A DNA stretch of 63,944 nucleotides, counting the filler, from Octopus bimaculoides (lineage: Eukaryota): the NCBI RefSeq assembly GCF_001194135.2. It is 5 parts of 5 records of this genome, joined end to end, with 100 filler letters (N's around TTAATTAATTAA, not from the genome) between each part and the next. Parts side by side here need not be neighbours in the genome. Positions count along the whole stretch, not along the records: positions 1 to 29,185 come from NC_068983.1; positions 29,286 to 40,514 come from NC_068986.1; 3 more parts are not named here. The stretch is one strand, 5' to 3'. This document shows, one piece after another, positions 24,231 through 37,147 of the stretch; the first letter of the stretch is position 1; each line of letters opens with the position of its first letter. Under the pieces are notes generated by a model, which searched no databases, was not told the origin of the DNA, and saw only the letters and a list, made by a program, of their open reading frames with translations. The position numbers were made by a program, and so were the translations under genes.

Positions 24231-24554
24231 TGATTTTCCTTCCTCTGAAACATAAAGCGTTGTTGATTTATTGATTATTCTGCTCGTCTCCTGCTCGCTT
24301 GAGCTTGCCCTTGAAGTACAGGGCCTACATATAGAACCTATCAGAGCTTGTTTACATATCGGTGAATCTGTGTCACACATATCTAGTGGACACATCCTGC
24401 GTTCTGTATACTTTAACCACGGGACCATCTTCTACTTGACCCTTATATGGAGCCTTTGACACATACTGCAAACCCAAGGCCAGAGAAGGCCTGAGAATAG
24501 TAATGACTAAAGAGTTACTACTTAGCTCCGACCAAAAAATAATTATTATTATCA

Positions 24555-24787
24555 TTATTTCTTTATTGCCCACAAGGGGCTAAACATAGAGGGGACAAAC
24601 AAGGACAGACAAACGGATTAAGTCGATTATATCGACCCCAGTGCGTAACTGGTACTTATTTAATCAACCCCGAAAGGATGACAGGCAAAGTCGACCTCGG
24701 CGGAATTTGAACTCAGAACGTAACGGCAGACGAAATACCGCTAAGCATTTCGCCCGGCGTGCTAACGTTTCTGCCAGCTCGCCGCCG
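24555..24787 (-). mobile_element. SINE family C with an alternative 3' tail (tttagccccttgtgggcaataaagaaat)
   Basis: Well-preserved family C head and core; a related tail occurs on the plus strand at ~28290-28315. Confidence 0.85.
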
Positions 24788-25073
24788 TGTTTACAAGATG
24801 TGGAGCATCACCAGTGGATAAAGTCAGGATATTGATTATCACGTGACCTGATACGTGGTCGANNNNNNNNNNNNNNNNNNNNNNNNNNNNNNNNNNNNNN
24901 NNNNNNNNNNNNNNNNNNNNNNNNNNNNNNNNNNNNNNNNNNNNNNNNNNNNNNNNNNNNNNNNNNNNNNNNNNNNNNNNNNNNNNNNNNNNNNNNNNNN
25001 NNNNNNNNNNNNNNNNNNNNNNNNNNNNNNNNNNNNNNNNNNNNNNNNNNNNNNNNNNNNNNTATATATATAA

Positions 25074-25524
25074 AATCAAAATAAGCAACACGGATTTCAA
25101 AGATGATTGCAGTACGCACGTTTCATGCTACTCCATTTATTTAAGTAATGCGAGCATTGCATTAAATGCAATATGAAGAGCAATCTTCAGCTGCACGAAA
25201 ATGCAGAAAATTACAGTAGAATAGACATATTATAATTGTGGCAACATTTCAAATCCAAGTGGGAGGAAGAATACATAAAAATCCATCTTGACATAGCCAA
25301 GTCTATCAGGCTAGTAATTGGTTCTTTGCAAAAAATTCAAAACTGGATTTGAAATGTTGCCACAATTATATGTCTATTCTACTGTGATTTTCTGCATTTT
25401 CCTGCAGCTGAAGATTGCTCTACATATTGCATTTAATGTAATGCTCGCATTACTTAAATAAATGGAGTAGCATGAAACGTGTGTACTGCAATCATCTTTG
25501 AAATCCGTGTTGCTTATTTTGATT
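25074..25524. repeat. Long inverted repeat: arms 25074-25257 and 25344-25524, 86-nt spacer
   Basis: Arms are reverse complements, with about 5 substitutions and one 3-nt indel by eye. Confidence 0.95.
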
Positions 25525-25638
25525 GTTTGATCACCTAGTTTTTTTTTGGAATGGTTATTGTATAATACCATTCCATACTATATTCTGGTGCCTAAACATA
25601 AGTACCATATTCAATCTTGAATCTAAATCTAAACCTTC

Positions 25639-25669
<31 letters not shown>

Positions 25670-25745
25670 TATATATCTAATATATATATAAAATATACAC
25701 ATACATAGACGACGTACACATATATGTATATGTACGTTTTGCAAA

Positions 25746-25791
<46 letters not shown>

Positions 25792-25827
25792 ATGTGTGTG
25801 TGTATGAGCGTGTGTGGCTGTGTGTGG

Positions 25828-26215
25828 AAGCGCAATGGCCCAGTGGTTAGGTTAGCAGACACATTGTCGTAGGATCGTGGTTTCGATTCCTAGACCGGGT
25901 GTTGTAAGTGCTTATTGAGCGAAAACACCTAAAGCTCCACGAGGCTCCGGCGGTGGGTGACCGAACCCTGCTGTACTCTTTCACCACAACTTTCACTCTC
26001 TCTTTCTTCCTGTTTCTGTTGTACCTGTATTTCGAAGGGCCAGCCTTGTCACACACTGTGTCACACACTGTGTCACACTGAATCTCCCCACGAGAACTAC
26101 GTTAACGGTACACGTGTCTGTGGAGTGATCAGCCACTCGCACGTTAATTTCACGAGCTGGCTGTTCTGTTGATCGGATCAACTGGAGCCCTCGTGGTCGT
26201 AACCAGCGGAGTGCC
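25828..26215 (+). mobile_element. SINE family B
   Basis: gcgcaatggcccagtggttagg head and family body; internal duplication of tgtcacacac. Confidence 0.88.
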
Positions 26216-26998
26216 ACGAAGACATATATATATATATACACANNNNNNNNNNNNNNNNNNNNNNNNNNNNNNNNNNNNNNNNNNNNNNNNNNNNNNNNNN
26301 NNNNNNNNNNNNNNNNNNNNNNNNNNNNNNNNNNNNNNNNNNNNNNNNNNNNNNNNNNNNNNNNNNNNNNNNNNNNNNNNNNNNNNNNNNNNNNNNNNNN
26401 NNNNNNNNNNNNNNNNNNNNNNNNNNNNNNNNNNNNNNNNNNNNNNNNNNNNNNNNNNNNNNNNNNNNNNNNNNNNNNNNNNNNNNNNNNNNNNNNNNNN
26501 NNNNNNNNNNNNNNNNNNNNNNNNNNNNNNNNNNNNNNNNNNNNNNNNNNNNNNNNNNNNNNNNNNNNNNNNNNNNNNNNNNNNNNNNNNNNNNNNNNNN
26601 NNNNNNNNNNNNNNNNNNNNNNNNNNNNNNNNNNNNNNNNNNNNNNNNNNNNNNNNNNNNNNNNNNNNNNNNNNNNNNNNNNNNNNNNNNNNNNNNNNNN
26701 NNNNNNNNNNNNNNNNNNNNNNNNNNNNNNNNNNNNNNNNNNNNNNNNNNNNNNNNNNNNNNNNNNNNNNNNNNNNNNNNNNNNNNNNNNNNNNNNNNNN
26801 NNNNNNNNNNNNNNNNNNNNNNNNNNNNNNNNNNNNNNNNNNNNNNNNNNNNNNNNNNNNNNNNNNNNNNNNNNNNNNNNNNNNNNNNNNNNNNNNNNNN
26901 NNNNNNNNNNNNNNNNNNNNNNNNNNNNNNNNNNNNNNNNNNNNNNNNNNNNNNNNNNNNNNNNNNNNNNNNNNNNNNNNNNNNNNNNNNNNNNNNNN

Positions 26999-27385
26999 GA
27001 GGAGGAGGAGGAGGAGAAAGAAGAAGAGGAGAAGAAAAAGAAGAAGAAGAAGAAGAAGAGGAGGAGGAGGAAGTGGGGGTTGTGGTGGTGGTGAGGAGGA
27101 AGAAGAAGACGAGGAGGAGGAGGACGAGGAAGAAGAAGAAGAAGAAGAAGAGGAGGACGAGGAAGAACAAGAAGAAGAAGAAGAAGCAGAAGAGGTGGAA
27201 GAGGAAGAAAAGGAAGAAAAGGAAGAGGAGGGAGAGGAGGGAGTGGAGAGAGGTGGTGATAATGATGATGACGATGATGATGACGATGATGATGATCATG
27301 ATGACGATGACGATGACGATGATCATGATGATGATCATGATGGTGATGATGATGGCGATGATGATGGCGATGATGATGCGAAGCT
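26999..27385. repeat. Compound (GAG)/(GAA)/(GAT) trinucleotide tract
   Basis: Direct reading. Confidence 0.95.
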
Positions 27386-28315
27386 TTAGGAGCCGCGCCA
27401 ATTGAGTTAGTTTACAGAATCGTTACGTCAATATATTTAGAAGGTTGTATGTATGTATGTGTGTTAGTGTGTGTATGTGTCTGTCTGTCTCCCTGTTAGT
27501 GGGTGTATGTGTGTGTGTCTGTCTGTTAATGTGTGTGTGTGGAGTGAGACCACCTCACCGCCCACCTGCCACATCAACAGCCTCAATTCCAGGTGAACCG
27601 CTGGTTGTAACCGAATTCCATGTCTCGGTTTGCTGCGATTCCTCATCTATCATATAAACAAACACTAATAGCTTTCCTGTTATCCGTCCTACCCTCATCT
27701 CGCCTAACGTATCCAACCGCCCATCAACCCAGCCATCCACGCAAGCAAAATCCGGGTACAGTGCTGTACCAAATATCTTTCAGCGTTTAGATTTTAACTC
27801 CCTGCATTCTAAGTTCAAATTCTAGGCGGAGATTTTTCAAAAGCTGTTCGTCGCGCATTTTCCGCCCTGGTCAAGCTCTCATCAATTTCTGCAAATATCA
27901 TTTGAAGAGGAAGGTGAGAGTAGAGAGGGGGTGCTGCCTTCTAGTGTGTTTATCAAAAGGTGGACGAGAGTGGCAAGACTGGAGAGGCTGAATGCAGCTA
28001 ATCTGACTATGCTTTTTTAAGTAGGAGGAAAGAAACTATCAGATGTTTCCCATGTCATGGGGATAGCACAGTAATCCAGGATTTTTGCATGGAGTTTACC
28101 CCTAATTATCCTAACTGGACTACCCCACTATTGGATATTCTATATATTTGTCTATCAGTTATTTATTTCTCTAACTTCTATTTAGATATCGTTTGTTATA
28201 TCTTTTAATGGTGTGGTGAGTCTCCCTTTGATCGATGTAAACCCAACCTGTTTTGTATCTTGTCCTTTGATATTATCCTCCATGACTAGGGCCCTTGTGG
28301 CCAATAAAAGAAATC

Positions 28316-28353
<38 letters not shown>

Positions 28354-28361
28354 CATCATCA

Positions 28362-28405
<44 letters not shown>

Positions 28406-28963
28406 GAGTGAGAGAGCAGTGCATGCCGTCAAAGTGGCACTGGGGTAAAATATACGAAACCCAGTATACCCATCATGACTACCTGTCTGATAAAGGTACA
28501 CCAGGCACATGCATCACAACCATATGTGCGTGACATGGTGACCTCATACCAAGATAAACAGCGCAGGACCTTGCAGGTGGGGACCCAGCTAGAATTTTCT
28601 TCAGGTCGAGTAGCCCATCCCGCTCAAAAGGTTCCTGAAAAAGAGTTGTGTAAGAAGGTTGGACGAAACACCCATGTCTCCAGAGGTGAATTATCCAAAC
28701 CCCCAAAGAATTCCTCTCAACACATGGCTATGATGCTTCCCCACTACTTCTGCTCGTGATCGGAGATACACATATCGTCAGCCACTAAGGGACATGCTCA
28801 ATTGGTTAAGGTCAAACAACTGACAAGCAAATCTGTGGTATTGGGCAGAATATTTGCTGTAGCTCATCTTTTATACCCAGACAAAACAATGTACAAGATA
28901 ATACTTCCCATCAGTTAAGATTAGGAGCCATGAGAGCCACTGCCCGGTACTGCACCAGGGCAT
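28406..28963 (-). mobile_element. ~558-bp (AAT)n-flanked non-coding element (copy 2)
   Basis: Reverse complement of 7091-7648 with the same ends; TTA tracts on both sides. Confidence 0.85.
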
Positions 28964-28993
28964 CTAATATTATTATTATTGTTGTTATTATTG

Positions 28994-29110
28994 TTCAGTA
29001 GTTTTATTTTTATAACGTGCTTTCACTTCACTACCGAGCGTAGCTCTGTGTGCCTTGGGTATGTGCTGTGGTTTGCTGTGATGCTCTTATGGTTACTGTA
29101 TTGAAAGTCT
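28994..29110 (-). mobile_element. 3' UTR of R4/Dong-type subfamily 1
   Basis: Reverse complement of ~6405-6519. Confidence 0.85.
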
Positions 29111-29114
29111 TTTG

Positions 29115-29185
<71 letters not shown>

Positions 29186-29285
29186 NNNNNNNNNNNNNNN
29201 NNNNNNNNNNNNNNNNNNNNNNNNNNNNNTTAATTAATTAANNNNNNNNNNNNNNNNNNNNNNNNNNNNNNNNNNNNNNNNNNNN
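29186..29285. other. Assembly join: 44 N + TTAATTAATTAA + 44 N
   Basis: The identical 100-nt spacer occurs four times; the 12-mer has stops in all six frames. Confidence 0.9.
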
Positions 29286-29517
29286 AAAGAACGGCAGCTC
29301 CCCATTATGTCGTATATGCCAACAACAAAATGAGACCATCGATCATGTTGTCTCCATGTGCAGTCTGCTTGCGCCTACAGAGTATCTCAACAGGCATGAT
29401 AGAGCTGCACAATATATTCACTGGGTAATATGCAAAAACCTGGACTTGCCCCAAGATAAAAACTGGTGGGAACACAAACCACCCCCAGTACTTGAAAATG
29501 ATCACATTGCACTCCTC
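29286..29517 (+). mobile_element. R4/Dong-type LINE zinc-knuckle fragment
   Basis: CRICQQQNETIDHVVSMCSLLAPTEYLNRHDRAAQYIHW. Confidence 0.85.
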
Positions 29518-29564
<47 letters not shown>

Positions 29565-30597
29565 GTTACGGTAACACTACTAATGAAGTCAAATATAATA
29601 ATAATGGTAATGATAACAATAACAGCAATAATAACAACTAGTGTGATCTGTGGAAATTCCAGAGAGCGAAAAAAGATTAAGAGAAGCCATTAAAAAAAAG
29701 AAAGGATTCGCATTTTTATTTTGATAAGTTATTTCACCTCCAGTCACAATAATATATTATATTTTAAGATTTCCCTCTACCAATCACTTTATACGTCTCT
29801 CTTTCTCTCTACTTCTTCAACAAAGATTTTAATCATGTAATTCCAGTCTTTCTCTCTTTCTCCTCACCTCTCACTTCCACTAACTCTCTCTTTCTATCTC
29901 TCTCTTAATGCAAACTGCCTCTCGTGCCCATCTCTCTTTATCTGCCTTTCTTTAAATTCACCACTAGAACATTACCCTCTGCTAAATATTGTATCCGATC
30001 GCTTTCTTTTTACCTTTCCCTCTTCACCCTACAGCACGTCGTTAACACTTCTCTCTCCTTTTCTCTCACTGTCTTTTCTCGTCCTTCGCCTCTCCCTTCA
30101 ACCACGTAACGCATTTGGCCTTATCATACTTCCTTCTCTACTTCATCCTCACTTCTTTCTTCTCTACTCACACTCTTCACCTCTCTCTCTCTCTCTCCCC
30201 ACACACACTTTTACTCCACCTCTCTAACCAACTAAAGTATAACGGTCGAACGAATACGTAGATTCTTATACAAACTAGTTGGACCCGTGTAAATTCCATA
30301 GAATGAAAAAAATAAGAGGACCAATTTAAGAAAGAAGGACGATTTGCATATTTTAAGCATTCGTAGTTTAGCTTTCTCCCTCTTTTTCTCTCGCCGTCTT
30401 TTTCTCTCGTTCTTCACCTCTACCTTCAGCTGACCACGTGAGGCATTTGGCTTAAGTGTATTAATATTAATCCCCTTTCTCTACTGCCACCTCTCTTCTT
30501 CCCCCACTCCTCTCTCGTTCACTCTTACTCCACCTCCACCTACCTACCTAACTGAGGTATAACGGGCGAACGAACAAGTAGACTATTATATAGATGA

Positions 30598-30805
30598 TTT
30601 CAAATTCTGACACAAGGCCAGCAGTTTTGGGGAAAGGGGTGAGTTGATCACATCGATCCAAGTTAACAACTAATACTTATTTCATCGACACTGACAAGTT
30701 GAGAGGTAAGGTTGACCTCAGTGAAATTTGAACTCAGAACGCACAGACAATGAAATGCTGCTAAGCATTTTGCTCGGCGAGCTAACGATTCTGCCATCTC
30801 ACCGA
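30598..30805 (-). mobile_element. SINE family C
   Basis: Reverse complement of the family C consensus. Confidence 0.78.
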
Positions 30806-30847
30806 GTTAACAACAACTGAAACAGCTGTAAATCCTATTATTTATGC

Positions 30848-30870
30848 CTTTACACACACACACACATACA

Positions 30871-30962
<92 letters not shown>
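30848..30962. repeat. (CA)n microsatellite
   Basis: Direct reading. Confidence 0.98.
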
Positions 30963-30965
<3 letters not shown>

Positions 30966-31415
30966 TGTCAATATTAATACATATCTCTACGTATATATTG
31001 CCATACACATAGATATGTGGTCGCAGACGTATACGTTTATACTTATATGCCACACTAACACATTTATGAACCTAACTTCCATCAAAAACCATAGAAAACG
31101 AAATTATACCATCGTACATAACTGTAATAGAAACCATTGCAGTCCATATGTCCGAATGATTTCTAAGTAGACAAGTTGAGGAGTTTTTGTGTATGTTTTC
31201 ACCATGAGTTAAGTGCAATTAGATTTTATTCACATAGTTTTCTCACTTTCATGATTCCAACAGAATTGGACTGATTTTAGTTGTTGGAAATGGTTTTAAG
31301 AAAAAGTGGTTCTTTAACTGTAATATTTATCACCTAAGGTATTTCTTTAATATTTTTATTACTATTTATTGAAATATTTCTTTGAAATGTGAAGTTGCTC
31401 GATATATGCAAAAAT

Positions 31416-31450
<35 letters not shown>

Positions 31451-31529
31451 TTGGGACAGTTTAGAATATTCTGAAATATAGGACATAGAAGGAGAAAGAG
31501 AGAGAAATATGAATACAAAGCTAAATAGA

Positions 31530-31575
<46 letters not shown>

Positions 31576-31763
31576 GATAGATAACGAATGGATGTATGTT
31601 CTAGCGCGCATGTGTGTATATGCGCGCGCGGGTGTGTGCGTGTGTGTGTGTATAGTCGTGTGTATGGGCGCGCACGTATAATGTATGCATGTGTGGACAG
31701 GAGACAGAGAAAAACCAATTAGGTTTGACAAAAAAGTAGAGAAAGTTTAAGAGAAGGGAAAAG

Positions 31764-31826
<63 letters not shown>

Positions 31827-32292
31827 AGAGAGAAAGAGAAAGGGAGAGAGAGAGTGATTGAAGGAGTGTGATAGAGAGAAAGGTATTCACGAGTGTGTGT
31901 GTGTGTGTGTATGAATGTATCTCAGCAAAATAGATGGTTAAATACACGAGATAAATAAGAACGTAATAAATAACTCCAGATACGAAGGAGTGATATCTCA
32001 AGTATAACGAATTCTCTCCATAGTCTTATGCTGATGACAGGTAAATATTCCTTGAGATAAAATTTAGTGTATCCCCAGCTCAATAAAAAAAATGCAGACT
32101 AGAATTGGAACACAGGAAGTTGGTTTTATAATCTTTAGAAGCTTTCCTCTGAAAAACACAGAATTAAGTGCCCTTCCTACTACATTGGTTTCGTGCCCAC
32201 CCCCACGTTCCGTTTCCTTTGTGTTGCTGTATGTGGATAAACTAGCAAAGTAATTCTAAGTGGCAGATGAAACATGCAGTACCTGGTGTATA

Positions 32293-32359
<67 letters not shown>

Positions 32360-32652
32360 TAATAATAATATGACAACAATAGAATGAATGAGACCTCGAT
32401 ATTATGTAAAGAGAGGAATTTCTCTATAAATATAATATGTGACAATTAATTGGTTGTCATAAAAGAACTCAGAGTTTCCGGGCTGAAGTGTGCTCCCCCA
32501 TCTCATCAATAATTAAAACAAACAAAAATGCTATGAAAAAAACCGTTGAATAGAGGGAAATTACTCCAACAGGCGCGGGTAAAGTAAAACTTCATTCATA
32601 GAATCTGCATATGCACACATGTACACATATACATACACGTACGCACACATAC

Positions 32653-32690
<38 letters not shown>

Positions 32691-32888
32691 TCACACACGC
32701 GTGTACGTATACATACAAACACACATACATATATATATATATCTGTTTCTACATATGTAAACATACATACATACAATACACGCACACACGCACATATACA
32801 CGTATATATACCTATGCACGCATTATTATGTTCATATACATATCTCTATACGCATTTGCACATACATACGCGTATATACAAAACGTAG

Positions 32889-33298
32889 TCTATATGCACA
32901 TGCACATACATACACGGATAGACGTATATACAAATTCAAACACATACGCAAAAACGTAAACCGTAAAATATTCACATTCGTCGCAAAACTTGAAAATACA
33001 TATGAGTTATATATGTATGTACACAAATGCACCCTCCTGTCTGTCAAACACGTCTACACCTGCATACATATATGTATGAACGTATATACATACATATATG
33101 CATTTATAGACGTTTATATATCTGAAGGTGTAGATGTGTTTGACAGACAGGAGGGTGCATTTGTGTACATACATATATAACTCATATGTATTTTCAAGTT
33201 TTGCGACGAATGTGAATATTTTACGGTTTACGTTTTTGCGTATGTGTTTGAATTTGTATATACCTCTATCCGCGTATGTATGTGCATGTGCGTATAGA
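32889..33298. repeat. Long inverted repeat: arms 32889-33061 and 33126-33298, 64-nt spacer
   Basis: Arms are reverse complements with about 4 substitutions; the same peptide appears on both strands in the ORF track. Confidence 0.95.
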
Positions 33299-34388
33299 GA
33301 TGTGTATATGAACATAATGATGCGTGCATGGGTATAGATACGTATGTGCGTGTATGCGTGTATTGTATCTATGTATGTTTACATATGTATAGACAGATAT
33401 ATATATATATATGTGTGTGTGTTTGTCTGTGTGTATGTCTGTGTGTCTGTCTGTNNNNNNNNNNNNNNNNNNNNNNNNNNNNNNNNNNNNNNNNNNNNNN
33501 NNNNNNNNNNNNNNNNNNNNNNNNNNNNNNNNNNNNNNNNNNNNNNNNNNNNNNNNNNNNNNNNNNNNNNNNNNNNNNNNNNNNNNNNNNNNNNNNNNNN
33601 NNNNNNNNNNNNNNNNNNNNNNNNNNNNNNNNNNNNNNNNNNNNNNNNNNNNNNNNNNNNNNNNNNNNNNNNNNNNNNNNNNNNNNNNNNNNNNNNNNNN
33701 NNNNNNNNNNNNNNNNNNNNNNNNNNNNNNNNNNNNNNNNNNNNNNNNNNNNNNNNNNNNNNNNNNNNNNNNNNNNNNNNNNNNNNNNNNNNNNNNNNNN
33801 NNNNNNNNNNNNNNNNNNNNNNNNNNNNNNNNNNNNNNNNNNNNNNNNNNNNNNNNNNNNNNNNNNNNNNNNNNNNNNNNNNNNNNNNNNNNNNNNNNNN
33901 NNNNNNNNNNNNNNNNNNNNNNNNNNNNNNNNNNNNNNNNNNNNNNNNNNNNNNNNNNNNNNNNNNNNNNNNNNNNNNNNNNNNNNNNNNNNNNNNNNNN
34001 NNNNNNNNNNNNNNNNNNNNNNNNNNNNNNNNNNNNNNNNNNNNNNNNNNNNNNNNNNNNNNNNNNNNNNNNNNNNNNNNNNNNNNNNNNNNNNNNNNNN
34101 NNNNNNNNNNNNNNNNNNNNNNNNNNNNNNNNNNNNNNNNNNNNNNNNNNNNNNNNNNNNNNNNNNNNNNNNNNNNNNNNNNNNNNNNNNNNNNNNNNNN
34201 NNNNNNNNNNNNNNNNNNNNNNNNNNNNNNNNNNNNNNNNNNNNNNNNNNNNNNNNNNNNNNNNNNNNNNNNNNNNNNNNNNNNNNNNNNNNNNNNNNNN
34301 NNNNNNNNNNNNNNNNNNNNNNNNNNNNNNNNNNNNNNNNNNNNNNNNNNNNNNNNNNNNNNNNNNNNNNNNNNNNNNNNNNNNNNNN

Positions 34389-34679
34389 GTCTGTTTGTGT
34401 GTGTGTCTGTCTGTGTGTGTGTCTGTCTGTGTGTGTGTCTGCCTGTGTGTGTGTCTGTCTGTGTGTGTGTCTGTCTGTGTGTGTGTCTGTCTGTGTGTGT
34501 GTCTATCTGTGTGTCTGTCTGTCTATGTGTGTGTCTGTCTGTGTGTGCCTGTCTGTGTGTGTGTTTGTCTGTGTGTATGTCTGTGTGTCTGTCTATCTGT
34601 GTGTGTGTCTGTGTGTGTGTCTCTGTGTGTGTCTCTGTGTGTGTCTCTGTGTGTGTCTGTGTGTGTGTCTGTCTGTCTG
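34389..34679. repeat. Degenerate (TG)/(TGTC) tandem repeat
   Basis: Direct reading. Confidence 0.95.
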
Positions 34680-34705
34680 NNNNNNNNNNNNNNNNNNNNN
34701 NNNNN

Positions 34706-34753
<48 letters not shown>

Positions 34754-35879
34754 GAGAGAGAGAGAGAGAGAGATACATGAGTGTTTGTATTTGTAAAAAT
34801 CCGCACCTATATACACCTGCACCTGAAAGTATGTTTCATGTCTTTAACCATTGTCTGCAAGAAACGAAAGACAGTAAGCAAAAATCATACAGAGAAGTGT
34901 AGAAAAAAAGAGCAAGAGACGGAAAAAATAGAGTTTAGGGTAAACACGGAAGAGGAATTAAGTAAACGAGTGGTTAAAATGAATGTGACGTCTGTTTTAC
35001 TGAAGTGGTAAAGAGAGGCATACATGTGTGATAAATAGGTGTATGTAAAAATGCAGACAAGTTAGATTGACTGATAGATACACAGATAAACAGAAACATA
35101 GATGTATATAAATGTAGCAGTAGGAACTTCTGTGACAGGTAATATTCTGGTATCTTTACTTCTTTATTTATTTTATAAATATTTATTTTCCGGTCGATCG
35201 ACTTTTCATAACAGCTATGGCTGCATGCCGTTTTTCACATGCAAGCAGTCATGTATTCCTTGACAGTCAATGTTAAATTATAGGCTTTTAACCTCACACA
35301 AACATAGAAAAAAATCAAATAATAAGATAAAGAAAAAAATAGAAAATCATCCAAAATGGAGGATATTAAATCTTTTAACTGGAAAGCAATATTATTTACA
35401 GCGTATATGGTGGCTTCTGGAGTTATGGCTCTATATTTCTAGGTGAATCTAAACCACAGTAAAATTTCGATTATCGCTTGTAGATATTTCAATTCTCCTT
35501 ACGCTGTTAATAATTTTAATAAAGTGATTAACGGCATACCATTTCCTTTATCCATCCTAGAGCAATCTTATCTCCTATATCTATTTTTGGGAAATCAATA
35601 GTAAAAATACATTAATATTTCTTTCTTTCTACATAGCAGTACGATTAAAGGAGTCACTGGTTTGACTTTCCTGAAGTCATTTTCAACGAGTCGTCAGTCT
35701 ACTTTCAGATCAAGTCTTGTAGAGTTCAACTTGGACCTTTTAGTAAAATTTGAACAAGTTCGCATGTGGTGGAAAGACGAAGACCTTTATACCTTGAGTA
35801 GAGACAGCCATAAATCTCTCCTCAGCGAGAGACTTTCCAAGAAACGGTAAGGTCTCTGTCTCTTTACGTTATACAAACT

Positions 35880-36280
35880 TACATGCTATAATCAGGAAGA
35901 TTCTCGTAACAATATTGCTCTATAGATTGGCAGAGAAATTCACATCAGTTCTGTATGAAATTCAGTTTTGGTATTCTGTCTCCGACACATCCAGGACAAA
36001 TATAGACAATGGAATATGATTTCATGATGTAATTCGACACAGTAAACCTCGGGCTTATGGCAAGATTTGTAAGCACTGAAAAATTTGTAAGCACTGGTGT
36101 GAGGGATCAAGTGACGCAGACAACCTCCATCTCTGCACAGTTTGTTGTGATAGTAGGACTCAAGCAGGGCTACGTGGTAGCACCGACAGTATTCCCACTT
36201 TATTTGACACGATGCTAAAAGACAAATTCCGCAGATCACATGAGAGTGTACACATATACACTAGATCCGGTTGCGTCACT
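35880..36280 (+). mobile_element. Heavily decayed RTE-clade LINE reverse transcriptase fragment
   Basis: RKILVTILLYRL and GLKQGYVVAPTVF resemble RTE motifs GKILARILLNRL and GVKQGCVLAPTLF. Confidence 0.6.
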
Positions 36281-37114
36281 TACCTCGAGTTAATTTTCAT
36301 GCAAAATTATGTACTTAAATCGTATAAAGCATTCACCAGACACGGGCGCAATCGCCAACAAACAACATTGCTCCTATTATCACATACATACATACATACA
36401 TACATACATACAAACATACATACATACATGCACGCGCTCACACATATACATATATATCTATACTACGTATGTATGCCTGTGTATAAACATACTATGTTGG
36501 TATTATACATTCCACTGGCAACTCTGAGTTATTTCAGTTTTATATTTATTTGTATATACATATATTGGCATAAAAGCAAACGCTTTCGTTGTCTTCTTAT
36601 GTGAATGTGTAGTGGCTTTGGCAGGTAGTTGGGTATGTATGCAGATATTATGTACATATAATGCAAGTCAAAGAAAAATCGTATTTAAGTATACACACGC
36701 ACATACACACACACACATATATATACTTAGATGCACACACACTCAAACACACATATATAATATATATCTATATATACATATATATATATTATATATATAT
36801 ATACACACATATACGTATATATATATACATGTTAATGTATAGTATACATATATATGTGTAATATATATATACAAACACACACATTTAAGTAAGATTTGTC
36901 TGTGACTTGCATACATGCTACCTGCATACATAGCTAACTAGGTACTTACCCAACCATACATATATGTTTGTAAAGACAAACTAAGGGGAAGTAGAAGAAA
37001 TCTCGTAGAAGTTTACACGCACAGACAAGTGGACGAGTGAAGAATTGAATATATGAGTTGGTGAGTGAAAATGACTGAAGCAGTTAGATAAATAGATAGA
37101 TAGATATGTAGAGA

Positions 37115-37147
<33 letters not shown>

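Noticed and set aside
24207-24428. Cys-rich minus-strand ORF (CPLDMCDTDSPIC...) as an exon or zinc-finger
   Set aside because: No consistent splice pair, no recognisable domain, and it runs into a SINE head.
26169-27389. Acidic Glu/Asp-rich ORF resembling an intrinsically disordered protein
   Set aside because: Pure GAG/GAA/GAT microsatellite next to a gap, open in several frames, with no splice signals.
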